The translations under genes and the position numbers were made by a program. 64,000 bases of DNA from Oscillospiraceae bacterium (GTDB taxonomy: Bacteria > Bacillota > Clostridia > Oscillospirales > Oscillospiraceae): positions 17,072 to 81,071 of the forward strand of contig JAGARK010000074.1 in NCBI GenBank assembly GCA_017622295.1, given 5' to 3'. Positions 17,790-27,035 of the stretch are shown one piece after another. Numbering within the stretch: the first letter of the stretch is position 1; every line of letters begins with the position of its first letter. The notes under the pieces are model-generated. The model saw only the letters and a list, made by a program, of their open reading frames with translations, made no database searches and was not told where the DNA came from.

Positions 17790-18818
17790 TTATCTCTGGA
17801 TACGGCCGGAGCCGTCGCCGCCTGCCAGCTTTTCGACTTCAGCGACGGTGACCATGTTGTAGTCGCCCTCGATGGAGTGCTTCAGAGCGGAAGCTGCAAC
17901 TGCGAATTCAACAGCTCCCTGGGTGTCCTTGCCGCTGAGCAGGCCGTAGATCAGGCCGCCTCCGAAGGAGTCGCCGCCGCCGACGCGGTCGATGATGTGC
18001 AGGTTGTACTTCTTGGAGAAGCAGTACTCGTCGTTTGCCACGTTGTACAGCATGGCGGACCAGCCGTTGTCGAATGCGGAGTGGCTTTCGCGCAGGGTGA
18101 TGGCGACCATTTCGAAGCCGAACTTGTCAGCCAGCTGCTTGGCAACAGACTTGTAGCCCTCGTGGTTCAGGGTGCCGCCGTAGATGTCGGTAGCCTCAGC
18201 CTCGATGCCGAAGACGTCCTTCGCATCCTCTTCGTTGGAGATGCAGACGTCGACGTACTGGCACAGGTCAGTCATGGCAGCGCGGGCTTCGTCACGGGTC
18301 CACAACTTGCCGCGGTAGTTCAGGTCGCAGGAGATCTTGATGCCCCGGGCCTTGGCAGCCTTACAGGCTTCACGGCAGATTTCAACGACGTTGGGGCCCA
18401 GCGCGGGGGTGATGCCGGTGAAGTGGAACCACTCGGCGCCCTCGAAGATCTTCTCCCAGTCGAAGTCAGCGGTGGTAGCCTGCTGAATTGCGGAGTGAGC
18501 ACGGTCATAGATGCAGACGGAGCCGCGCTGGGAAGCGCCCTTTTCGTTGAAGTAGATGCCCACACGCTCACCGCCCCGGGTGATCAGGGAGGTGTCAACG
18601 CCGTAGCGGCGCAGGGAATTGACAGCGGACTGGCCAATGGCATGCTTGGGCAGCTTGGTGACGTAGGCCACGTCCATGCCGTAGTTTGCCAGGGAGACGG
18701 CCACGTTTGCTTCGCCGCCGCCGAAGGTGAATTCGACATGGTCACACTGGACAAAACGCTCATAGTTGTAGGGCTGCAGACGCAGCATCAGTTCGCCGAA
18801 GGTAATAACTTTTGCCAT
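17790..18818 (-). CDS. kdgK: 2-keto-3-deoxygluconate kinase (PfkB)
   Basis: FGELMLRL, GGGEANVA, DLNYR, DRVGGGDSF; downstream of eda. Confidence 0.9.
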   Translation of the reverse strand: MAKVITFGELMLRLQPYNYERFVQCDHVEFTFGGGEANVAVSLANYGMDVAYVTKLPKHAIGQSAVNSLRRYGVDTSLITRGGERVGIYFNEKGASQRGSVCIYDRAHSAIQQATTADFDWEKIFEGAEWFHFTGITPALGPNVVEICREACKAAKARGIKISCDLNYRGKLWTRDEARAAMTDLCQYVDVCISNEEDAKDVFGIEAEATDIYGGTLNHEGYKSVAKQLADKFGFEMVAITLRESHSAFDNGWSAMLYNVANDEYCFSKKYNLHIIDRVGGGDSFGGGLIYGLLSGKDTQGAVEFAVAASALKHSIEGDYNMVTVAEVEKLAGGDGSGRIQR

Positions 18819-18851
18819 AATATATATTCTCCTCTAAAAATGATTTTGAAA

Positions 18852-19478
18852 TCAGGCCTGTGCGGCTGCGCGGGCATCGGCACAGAGCTGGGTGATCTTT
18901 TCCCAGTTGTTGGCGGAGATGTCAGCCTTGGGGCAGACCCAGGAGCCACCCACAGCGTGGATGTAGGGAGCGGAGACATACTCCTTGATGTTGGCAGTGT
19001 TGACGCCGCCGGTGGGCATGAACTTGACGCCGACAAAGGGAGCGGACAGGTTCTTCATGGCATTCAGACCGCCGTAGACATTGGCGGGGAAGAACTTGAT
19101 GACCTTCAGACCGCGGTTGACGGCCATGGTGATCTCGGTGGGAGTGACGCAGCCGGGGGTCACGGGGATGGAGTTGGCGATGCACCAGTCAACAACCTCA
19201 GCGTCAAAGCCGGGGGAGACGATGAACTTGGCACCTGCTTCCACGGCCAGCTTACACTGGTCCAGGTTCAGGACAGTGCCGACGCCGACCAGCATGTCGG
19301 GGCAGTTTTCGCTGACAGCCTTGATGGCGTCCAGGGCAGCGGCGGTGCGCAGGGTGATCTCCATCACGTCGATGCCGCCGGCGACCATGGCATTGGCGCA
19401 GGGAACAGCGTCCTTGGCGTCTTCAATGACGACAACGGGGACGACGATGGAGCGGGCGAGTCTTTCCAAAACAGTCAT
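18852..19478 (-). CDS. eda: KDPG/KHG aldolase
   Basis: EITLRT, GVGTV, FIVSPG, KFFPA, FMPTGGV. Confidence 0.93.
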   Translation of the reverse strand: MTVLERLARSIVVPVVVIEDAKDAVPCANAMVAGGIDVMEITLRTAAALDAIKAVSENCPDMLVGVGTVLNLDQCKLAVEAGAKFIVSPGFDAEVVDWCIANSIPVTPGCVTPTEITMAVNRGLKVIKFFPANVYGGLNAMKNLSAPFVGVKFMPTGGVNTANIKEYVSAPYIHAVGGSWVCPKADISANNWEKITQLCADARAAAQA

Positions 19479-19851
19479 AGTAAACAGAACCTCCAAAATT
19501 CATTTTTCAGTATCATCCGAAACAATGTCCTTATAATTATAGCAGGCCGTCGTTGCGTTCGCAACCAATTCAAAAGGATTTGTCAGCATGGATTGTAATT
19601 TTGTCGGAATTGACGAAAATGCCCTGCTTTTTAAGTGCAAAAAATTCAGAGTTAAGTTGTTTGCAAAAGTCGAAAGTGTTGCAAATCAGACAGATCGGCC
19701 TAATATGTTGCAATTGTTGGCAAGATTTTTCTTGGAGAAAATCTCGTTTTCAGATTGACAGACAGAGCTGATAGTGGTATAGTTTAGACAATGTTAGTGC
19801 GCCGCAGGCGTGCAAAAGTCTGTGCCACAAAAACAAAGGAGAGATGAGACT

Positions 19852-20808
19852 ATGAAAAAACTGATCGCGCTTGTACTGGCAGCTTTGATGCTGCTTACCA
19901 TGACCGCCTGCGGCTCTGCCGGGGAAGACGATGGCAAGTATTCCATCGGCGTCTGCCAGCTGGTTCAGCATGATGCGCTGGATGCCGCCACCAAGGGCTT
20001 CCAGGATGCTCTGACCGAAAAGCTGGGCGAGAATGTGGAGTTTGACGTTCAGAACGCCTCCGGCGACAGCGCCAACTGTGCCACCATCGTCAACGGCTTT
20101 GTGTCTGACAACGTTGACCTGATTCTGGCAAACGCTACCGCGCCTCTGCAGGCTGCCGCCTCCGCCACTGCCGACATTCCCATTCTGGGTACTTCCGTCA
20201 CTGACTATGCCACCGCTCTGGAAATTGAAAACTGGACCGGCACCGTCGGCAGCAATATTTCCGGCACCTCCGATCTGGCCCCCCTGGACCAGCAGGCAAC
20301 CATGATTCAGGAGCTGTTCCCCGATGCTCAGAACGTCGGCCTGCTGTACTGCACTGCAGAACCTAACTCCGTCTACCAGTGCTCCGTGATCGAGGGTTAT
20401 CTGGAAGGCTACGGCTATAGCGTGGCATGGTACGGCTTTACTGATACCAACGATGTCAACGCCGTTACCCAGGAAGCCTGCGACGGCTCCGATGTCATCT
20501 ATATCCCCACCGACAATACCGCTGCTTCCAACTCTGAGGCTATCGCCAATGTGGTCGTTCCCGCAGGTGTTCCCGTTGTTGCCGGCGAAGAGGGTCTGTG
20601 CTCCGGCTGCGGCGTGGCAACCCTGTCCATCAGCTACTATGACCTGGGCTACCAGACCGGTCTGATGGCCTATGAGATTCTGGTCAACGGCGCAGATATT
20701 TCTGCCATGGCTGTTGCGTACGCTCCAGAAGTGACCTGCAAGTATAACGCAAGCATCTGTCAGCAGCTGGGCGTCACGGTGCCCGACAGCTATGTCGCCA
20801 TCGAGTAA
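19852..20808 (+). CDS. ABC transporter substrate-binding lipoprotein (aromatic amino acid / TrpX-like)
   Basis: Lipobox MTAC; QLVQHDALD, GTSD, IYIPTDN motifs. Confidence 0.85.
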   Translation: MKKLIALVLAALMLLTMTACGSAGEDDGKYSIGVCQLVQHDALDAATKGFQDALTEKLGENVEFDVQNASGDSANCATIVNGFVSDNVDLILANATAPLQAAASATADIPILGTSVTDYATALEIENWTGTVGSNISGTSDLAPLDQQATMIQELFPDAQNVGLLYCTAEPNSVYQCSVIEGYLEGYGYSVAWYGFTDTNDVNAVTQEACDGSDVIYIPTDNTAASNSEAIANVVVPAGVPVVAGEEGLCSGCGVATLSISYYDLGYQTGLMAYEILVNGADISAMAVAYAPEVTCKYNASICQQLGVTVPDSYVAIE

Positions 20809-20898
20809 ACTTACAATTCACCAATACAGGAAGAAGGGGAATTTCGGGTTCCCCTTTTTCTGCTATTTCATTAACATCACAACGGAGGATACTCATTT

Positions 20899-21843
20899 AT
20901 GGATTTTATAGGCGCATTGCTTAGTTCCATGCCGGGTGCCATTGCCCAGGGCCTGATCTGGGGCGTGATGGCCATCGGCGTTTATATTACTTACCGGGTT
21001 CTGGATGTGGCGGACCTGACGGTGGACGGCTCCCTGTGCACCGGCGGCGCTGTCTGCGTCATACTGACCCTCAATGGTGTTCCCATGCCTGCGGCGATTC
21101 TGGCGGCCTTTGCAGCCGGTTTGCTGGCGGGCATGGTCACGGGTCTGCTGCATACTTCCTGCGGCATTCCGGCGATTCTGGCGGGCATTCTGACCCAGCT
21201 CGCGCTGTACTCCATCAACCTGCACATCATGGGCTGGGGAACGGACAACGGCAGCAAGTCGAACCTGCCTGTCAGCGTGGATAAGTACGACCTGTGGGTC
21301 TCCAGCCGCCATGTCCGGGCTCTGACGGCGGAGAATCCCTTCCTGATCCTGATCCCGGTTCTGATCATCGTGATCGCGCTGCTGTACTGGTTCTTCGGTA
21401 CGGAGACTGGCTGCGCCCTCCGGGCAACCGGCGCCAACGGCAACATGGCCCGGGCTCAGGGCATCAACACCAATTTTGCCAAGGTGCTGGGTCTGATGAT
21501 TTCCAATGGTCTGGTGGCCCTGGCCGGTGCATTCCTGAGCCAGTATCAGGGCTTTTCCGACATTAACATGGGCCGCGGCGCCATCGTCATCGGTCTGGCG
21601 GCGGTGATCATCGGCGAGGTTATGTTCAGCAAAGTCTTCCGTAATTTTGCGCTGAAGCTTCTGGCCTGCGCCATTGGCGCGGTGATGTATTACATCGTGA
21701 TCCAGTTCGTTCTGAAGCTGGGCCTGTCCACAGACGATCTGAAGCTTCTGACCGCCCTTGTGGTGGCCATGTTCCTGGCGATCCCCTACTGGCAGGGTAT
21801 CCGGGCCCAGAAGACTGTGAAGGGAGGAAAGGGCCATGCTTAA
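20899..21843 (+). CDS. ABC transporter permease
   Basis: DLTVDGS, ALRATGAN, IVIGLAAVIIGE; multiple TM. Confidence 0.88.
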   Translation: MDFIGALLSSMPGAIAQGLIWGVMAIGVYITYRVLDVADLTVDGSLCTGGAVCVILTLNGVPMPAAILAAFAAGLLAGMVTGLLHTSCGIPAILAGILTQLALYSINLHIMGWGTDNGSKSNLPVSVDKYDLWVSSRHVRALTAENPFLILIPVLIIVIALLYWFFGTETGCALRATGANGNMARAQGINTNFAKVLGLMISNGLVALAGAFLSQYQGFSDINMGRGAIVIGLAAVIIGEVMFSKVFRNFALKLLACAIGAVMYYIVIQFVLKLGLSTDDLKLLTALVVAMFLAIPYWQGIRAQKTVKGGKGHA

Positions 21844-22630
21844 AATCGAAAATGTCTACAAGACCTTTAACCCCGGCACCATCAACGAAAAGCGCGCCCT
21901 GAACGGCCTGAATCTGGAGCTGAAGGAGGGCGAATTCGTCACTGTCATTGGCGGCAACGGCGCCGGCAAGTCCACCATGCTCAATGCGGTGGCAGGCGTC
22001 TGGGGCGTGGATTCCGGACGGATCCTCATCGGCGATGTGGATGTGACCCATCTGCCGGAGTACAAGCGGGCCCAGTATATTGGCCGCGTGTTCCAGGACC
22101 CCATGATGGGCACCGCCGCCACCATGCAGATCGAGGAGAATCTGGCCCTTGCTGCCCGCCGTGGCAAGGCCCGGACTCTGCGCTCCGGCATCACCAAGGC
22201 CGAGCGGGAGGAATACCGGGAGCAGCTGAAGATTCTGGATCTGGGTCTGGAGGAGCGGATGACGGCCAAGGTGGGCCTGCTGTCCGGCGGCCAGCGTCAG
22301 GCGCTGACGCTGCTGATGGCCACGCTGCGAAAGCCCAAGCTGCTGCTTCTCGATGAACACACCGCAGCCCTGGACCCCAAGACCGCGGCCAAGGTTCTGG
22401 AGGCAACGGAAAAGATCGTTCAGAAAAACCAGCTGACCACCATGATGATCACCCACAACATGCGTGACGCCATTGCCCACGGCAACCGGCTCATCATGAT
22501 GTACGACGGCCACATCGTGGTCGATGTATCCGGCGAGGAGAAGAAGAATCTGACGGTGGAGCAGCTGCTGAGTCTGTTCAGTCAGGCCAGTGGCTCCAGC
22601 GAGGTGGATGACAAACTGGTGCTTGGATAA
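21836..22630 (+). CDS. ABC transporter ATP-binding protein
   Basis: GGNGAGKST, LSGGQRQ, LLLLDEHTAALDP. Confidence 0.92.
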   Translation: MLKIENVYKTFNPGTINEKRALNGLNLELKEGEFVTVIGGNGAGKSTMLNAVAGVWGVDSGRILIGDVDVTHLPEYKRAQYIGRVFQDPMMGTAATMQIEENLALAARRGKARTLRSGITKAEREEYREQLKILDLGLEERMTAKVGLLSGGQRQALTLLMATLRKPKLLLLDEHTAALDPKTAAKVLEATEKIVQKNQLTTMMITHNMRDAIAHGNRLIMMYDGHIVVDVSGEEKKNLTVEQLLSLFSQASGSSEVDDKLVLG

Positions 22631-22634
22631 AATC

Positions 22635-22662
22635 AAAAAAGCTCCCGAAAGGGAGCTTTTTT
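22635..22662 (+). terminator. Intrinsic terminator
   Basis: AAAAAAGCTCCC-GAAA-GGGAGCTTTTTT. Confidence 0.85.
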
Positions 22663-22695
22663 CGTGGTATAATAAAAATACCCCTGGGTAAGGGC

Positions 22696-22726
22696 TTGCT
22701 TGTGACGCGGCGTTATGTAGTATGAT
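22696..22726 (+). promoter_or_regulatory. MerR-type promoter (19-bp spacer with dyad)
   Basis: TTGCTT-19 nt-TATGAT with TGACGC-G-GCGTTA dyad in the spacer. Confidence 0.65.
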
Positions 22727-22749
22727 AAGGCCGCAAGGAGGTGAAAGCT

Positions 22750-23475
22750 ATGTCAAAATACACGACAGGAGAAATCGCGAAGCTGTGCGGTGTCACCGTC
22801 AGAACAGTCCAGTATTACGACACCCGGAATATTCTGGTTCCCAGCCAGCTCAGTGAGGGCGGCCGGCGGCTGTACTCCGAGGAGGACCTGAAGCGGATGA
22901 AGGTCATCTGCTTCCTGCGGGAGCTGGATCTGAGCATCAACACCATCTCCCAGCTGCTGAGTGAGGAGCATCCGGAACAGATCATCGATCTGCTGCTGGA
23001 GCAGCAGGGGCAGACCCTGCGGGAAGAGATTGGCCAGCGTCAGCAGAAGCTGGAAAAACTGGAGCATCTGCGGCGGGAGGTCAGAACAGCACCGCATTTC
23101 TCCGTTGAATCCATCGGTGATATAGCTTACGCAATGGAAAACAAAAAGAAAATGAGAAAGCTTCATGCGGTCCTGCTGATTACGGGAATCCCCATCGGGA
23201 TTCTCCAGTGGGGCTCCATCATTCTGTGGATTGCTACGGGAATCTGGTGGCCCTTTGTGCTCTACGCTCTGGTGGCGGTACCCTACGGCGTGTGGATGAG
23301 CAGGTATTACTTCAAGCGGGTGGTGTACATCTGCCCGGAGTGCCACGAGGTTTTCAAGCCTGCGCTGAAGGAGGCCTTCTGGGCCAATCATACCCCCACG
23401 CTTCGCAAGCTGACCTGCCCCCATTGCGGCAGGAAGGGCTTCTGCGTGGAGACCTACGGAGGTGTTGAAGCATGA
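22750..23475 (+). CDS. MerR family regulator with TM hairpin and C-terminal zinc ribbon
   Basis: YTTGEIAKLCGVTVRTVQYYD, two TM helices, CPEC..CPHC. Confidence 0.88.
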   Translation: MSKYTTGEIAKLCGVTVRTVQYYDTRNILVPSQLSEGGRRLYSEEDLKRMKVICFLRELDLSINTISQLLSEEHPEQIIDLLLEQQGQTLREEIGQRQQKLEKLEHLRREVRTAPHFSVESIGDIAYAMENKKKMRKLHAVLLITGIPIGILQWGSIILWIATGIWWPFVLYALVAVPYGVWMSRYYFKRVVYICPECHEVFKPALKEAFWANHTPTLRKLTCPHCGRKGFCVETYGGVEA

Positions 23476-24224
23476 AAAAGCTGAAAGCGCCTGCGATGTT
23501 TGCCCTTGTCATGGCGCCCATCGGCGCCGTGGCGGCATATTTTACGATTCTCTATCAGATCGATTTTTTGGATGCGGCTACGCTGGAGATGACCGTCTCT
23601 CAGCTGGGCAGTCTGGAAGCACTGATCGCTGTGTACATCGTGCAGATCGTGGTTTATACGCTGGTACTGGGAATCTTCGGTCATATGCTTGCCGGGAAGC
23701 TGGGGCTGATGAAGCCCTTCCGGTTTGAAAAGGCAAAGTTGATGCAGACGCTGCTCCTGTCGCTGGTGGTAGGCGTCGTGCTCAGTCTGGATTACTGGAC
23801 CTTCGGCGCGGTGATTCCCGGCATTCAGGAGGCGGATGCGGCCATGCTGACGCCCCATGTCATCGCAGCTGCCATTCTCTATGGCGGCATCATCGAAGAA
23901 CTGATGCTGCGGCTGTTCTGTATGAGTCTCATCGCGTGGCTGATTTGGAAGATACTTTTCAGAAAGTACACACAGGTTTCTACAGGTGTGCTGATTGCCG
24001 CCAATGTGATTTCCGCCTTGCTCTTCGCTGCGGGGCATCTGCCGGCGACGGTTCAGATGTTCGGCACGCTGACGCCGCTGATCCTGCTGCGCTGCTTCCT
24101 GCTCAACGGCGGCGCGGGAATGGTTTTCGGCTGGCTGTACCGCAAATACGGTATTCACTATGCCATGGCTTCTCATGCACTGGTGCATATCGTCAGCAAG
24201 CTGATCTGGCTGATTGCCATATGA
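23472..24224 (+). CDS. CPBP (Abi/CAAX) intramembrane metalloprotease
   Basis: EELMLR, FAAGH, HALVH; overlaps the upstream stop. Confidence 0.85.
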   Translation: MKKLKAPAMFALVMAPIGAVAAYFTILYQIDFLDAATLEMTVSQLGSLEALIAVYIVQIVVYTLVLGIFGHMLAGKLGLMKPFRFEKAKLMQTLLLSLVVGVVLSLDYWTFGAVIPGIQEADAAMLTPHVIAAAILYGGIIEELMLRLFCMSLIAWLIWKILFRKYTQVSTGVLIAANVISALLFAAGHLPATVQMFGTLTPLILLRCFLLNGGAGMVFGWLYRKYGIHYAMASHALVHIVSKLIWLIAI

Positions 24225-24260
24225 TAAAAAGACTGACCCCAGGAGGGTCAGTCTTTCTGT

Positions 24261-24968
24261 TTACAGTGTCTCGATGTATGCCAGCAGCTCGTCGAAGCTG
24301 CCTTGGGGATACCGGGAGATGTCCACGCCGTGTTTGTTTATCAGACAGTCGGTCAGCAGGAAGACCCGGATTCCCAGATTCTCTGCAGCCGTATCCTCTA
24401 CCGCGTCGTTGCCCACCATCAGGCACTCGGCGGGGTCTGCACCGATTTTTTTCAGAATGTCCCGGTAGTAATCAGGATTGGGCTTGCAGCGGCAGGAATT
24501 CTCGTAGGTGGTGTAGAGCTCAAAATCCCCGGGCTCCAGACCGGCCCAGCGGATCCGGTTTTCGGTTGCCACCGCGGGGAAGAGGGGATTGGTGGCCAGA
24601 ATGAGGCGGTAGCCCTTTTCCTTCAGGGTTCGGATGGTCTCGGCGGCCTTGGGATGAAAGCCGCAGGCGGCTCTGGCACCGCTGAACTCATTCTCGTAAA
24701 ACTCCCGGAAGATGGGCTCATCCCTGCGGACGTCATGGTCATAGAACCGGGAGAAGCAATTCCAGAAAGCCTCTTCGTTGAGGCAGGAGCCGTCGTTTTT
24801 TACCATGGCCTCGGTGCCGGCCCAGATGTTGCCGACGAGGACCTTAGGGTCATAGCCATGGGGTGCCAGCTTTTTGGCCAGCAGGCCGAAGTAGTATTTT
24901 ACAAATTCATCCTGGTCCATGGGAAGCAGGGTGCCGTCCAGGTCGAACAAAATGGTTTTCAGTTTCAT
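24261..24968 (-). CDS. HAD-superfamily hydrolase
   Basis: FDLDGTL, ATN, KP, MVGND motifs. Confidence 0.88.
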   Translation of the reverse strand: MKLKTILFDLDGTLLPMDQDEFVKYYFGLLAKKLAPHGYDPKVLVGNIWAGTEAMVKNDGSCLNEEAFWNCFSRFYDHDVRRDEPIFREFYENEFSGARAACGFHPKAAETIRTLKEKGYRLILATNPLFPAVATENRIRWAGLEPGDFELYTTYENSCRCKPNPDYYRDILKKIGADPAECLMVGNDAVEDTAAENLGIRVFLLTDCLINKHGVDISRYPQGSFDELLAYIETL

Positions 24969-25035
24969 AGATGATCCTTTCGGAATAAAGCGTGGATGGG
25001 CCGCCCGGAGGCGGCCCACATGGAATGCAGTGATA

Positions 25036-25881
25036 TTACACGCCGGAATATGCGGCGAAACCACAGTCGATGGGCAGGATCACGCCGGTGACGGCGGACG
25101 CGGCCTTGTCGTCGGTCAGGAAGAACATGCCGCCCAGCAGCTCTTCGGAGTCGGCGAAACGGCCCATGGGAGTCCCACCCAGGATCTTATTGGAACGGGC
25201 GGTGGGGGTGCCATCAGCGTTGAACAGCAGAGCACGGTTCTGGTTGGAGACGATGAAACCGGGGGCGATGGCGTTGCAGCGGATGCCGGTACCGGCAAAG
25301 TGGGTGGCCAGCCACTGGGTGAAGTTGGAGATACCAGCCTTGGCACCGGAGTATGCGGGGATCTTGGTCAGGGGGGTGAAGGCATTCATGGAGGAGATGT
25401 TCAGGATGTTGCCGCTCTTGCGCTCGACCATGTCCTTTGCGAACACCTGAGTGGGCAGCAGGGTGCCCTGGAAGTTCAGCTTGAAGACGAAGTCAACACC
25501 GGCTGCATCCAGGTCGAAGAAGGTCTTCTGGCCTTCCTTAGCCTCGTGCTGGTACTCGTTGTCGGTGGTGGCCCGGGGATTGTTGCCGCCGGCGCCGTTG
25601 ATCAGAATGTCACAGGGCCCCAGATCGGCCAGGACCTGCTGATGGACGGCTTCCAGAACCTCGCGGTCCAGAACGTTGGCCTTGTAGCCCTCGCAGATGT
25701 ATCCTTCAGCCTTCAGCTCTTCAGCCAGCTTCAGGACGGCTTCTTCGTTCAGGTCCAGAGCGGCGACCTTTGCGCCGGCAATGGCGTAAGCACGGGCCAT
25801 ATCGCCGCACAGAACGCCGCCGGCACCGGTGACGACGACGACCTTACCGGTAAAATCATGATGCAGGGGAAGATATGCCAT
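25036..25881 (-). CDS. uxuB: D-mannonate oxidoreductase (SDR)
   Basis: TGAGGVLC, NGAGGN, YSGAK; between uxuA and the HAD gene. Confidence 0.8.
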   Translation of the reverse strand: MAYLPLHHDFTGKVVVVTGAGGVLCGDMARAYAIAGAKVAALDLNEEAVLKLAEELKAEGYICEGYKANVLDREVLEAVHQQVLADLGPCDILINGAGGNNPRATTDNEYQHEAKEGQKTFFDLDAAGVDFVFKLNFQGTLLPTQVFAKDMVERKSGNILNISSMNAFTPLTKIPAYSGAKAGISNFTQWLATHFAGTGIRCNAIAPGFIVSNQNRALLFNADGTPTARSNKILGGTPMGRFADSEELLGGMFFLTDDKAASAVTGVILPIDCGFAAYSGV

Positions 25882-25917
25882 TTTGAATTACCTCCGAAAG
25901 TAAATAGAAAGATTCAA

Positions 25918-27009
25918 TCAGATCTTGCCGCTGAGGCGGTCCAGCATGTCCCAGACGCCCAGCATGTACATGATGCCCAGAGCACGGTCGTACAAACCGT
26001 AGCCGGGACGGACGTTGCCGGGGCCCTCGCCCCACAGGTGACGGCCGTGGTCGGGACGGATGTAGCCTTCGTAACCGCAGTCGTGGTAAGCCTTCAGGAT
26101 CTCCAGAATGCCGGTATCGCCGTCGCAGTCGCGGTGGCTGGCCTCGCTGAAGTCGCCGTTGTCGAAGTGCTTGACGTTGCGCACGTGGGCAAAGGCAATG
26201 CGGTCGCAGTGCTTGCGGACGATGTCGGCAACATTGTTGTTGGGATCGGCATTCAGAGAACCGGAGCACAGGGTCAGGCAGTTGCAGGGATGATCCACCA
26301 TCTTCAGGAAGCGGTCGATGTTTTCTGCGCTCGTCAGCAGGCGGGGCAGGCCGAAGATATCCCAGGGGGGATCGTCCATGTGGATGGCCATCTTGATGCC
26401 GGCCTCCTCGCAGGTGGGCATGATGGCTTCCAGGAAATACTTCAGGTTGGCCCACAGCTTCTCGTGGTCCACATCGGCATAGGCCTTGAACAGCTCGTCC
26501 AGCTTTGCCATACGCTCGGGCTCCCAGCCGGGGAAGGACATGTTGTACTTCTCGGTGAAGTCCAGAATGTACTTGGCCATAGCGTTGTAATCGTCCTGGA
26601 TCATACCCTTTTCATAGAACAGGGCGGTGGAACCGTCGCCGACCTCGTGGAACAGGTTGGAACGGGTCCAGTCAAAGATGGGCATGAAGTTGTAGCAGAT
26701 GACCTTGACACCGAATTTGCCCAGGTTGCGGATGCACTGTTTGTAGTTTTCGATCAGAGCGTCCCGGGTGGGCAGGCCGATCTTGATGTCGTCATGGACA
26801 TTGACGGATTCGACGACGTCGCCGTTGAAGCCGTACGCATGCAGCTGATCCATAACCTCGGCGATCTCGTGCTCTTCCCAGATCTCGCCGGGCATCTTGT
26901 GGTGCAGCGCCCAGACGATGCTGGTAACGCCGGGGATCTGCTTGATGTAGTCCAGGCTGATCTTGTCATTGCCCTCGCCGTACCAACGGAAACCCATTTG
27001 CATTGGCAT
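25918..27009 (-). CDS. uxuA: Mannonate dehydratase
   Basis: FRWYG, ESVNVHDDIK, CYNFMPIFDWTR, HMDDPP, RPDHG, GYGLYDRALG. Confidence 0.95.
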   Translation of the reverse strand: MPMQMGFRWYGEGNDKISLDYIKQIPGVTSIVWALHHKMPGEIWEEHEIAEVMDQLHAYGFNGDVVESVNVHDDIKIGLPTRDALIENYKQCIRNLGKFGVKVICYNFMPIFDWTRSNLFHEVGDGSTALFYEKGMIQDDYNAMAKYILDFTEKYNMSFPGWEPERMAKLDELFKAYADVDHEKLWANLKYFLEAIMPTCEEAGIKMAIHMDDPPWDIFGLPRLLTSAENIDRFLKMVDHPCNCLTLCSGSLNADPNNNVADIVRKHCDRIAFAHVRNVKHFDNGDFSEASHRDCDGDTGILEILKAYHDCGYEGYIRPDHGRHLWGEGPGNVRPGYGLYDRALGIMYMLGVWDMLDRLSGKI

Positions 27010-27035
27010 AAGTTATTCCTCCAGTTTGTGTTTAT

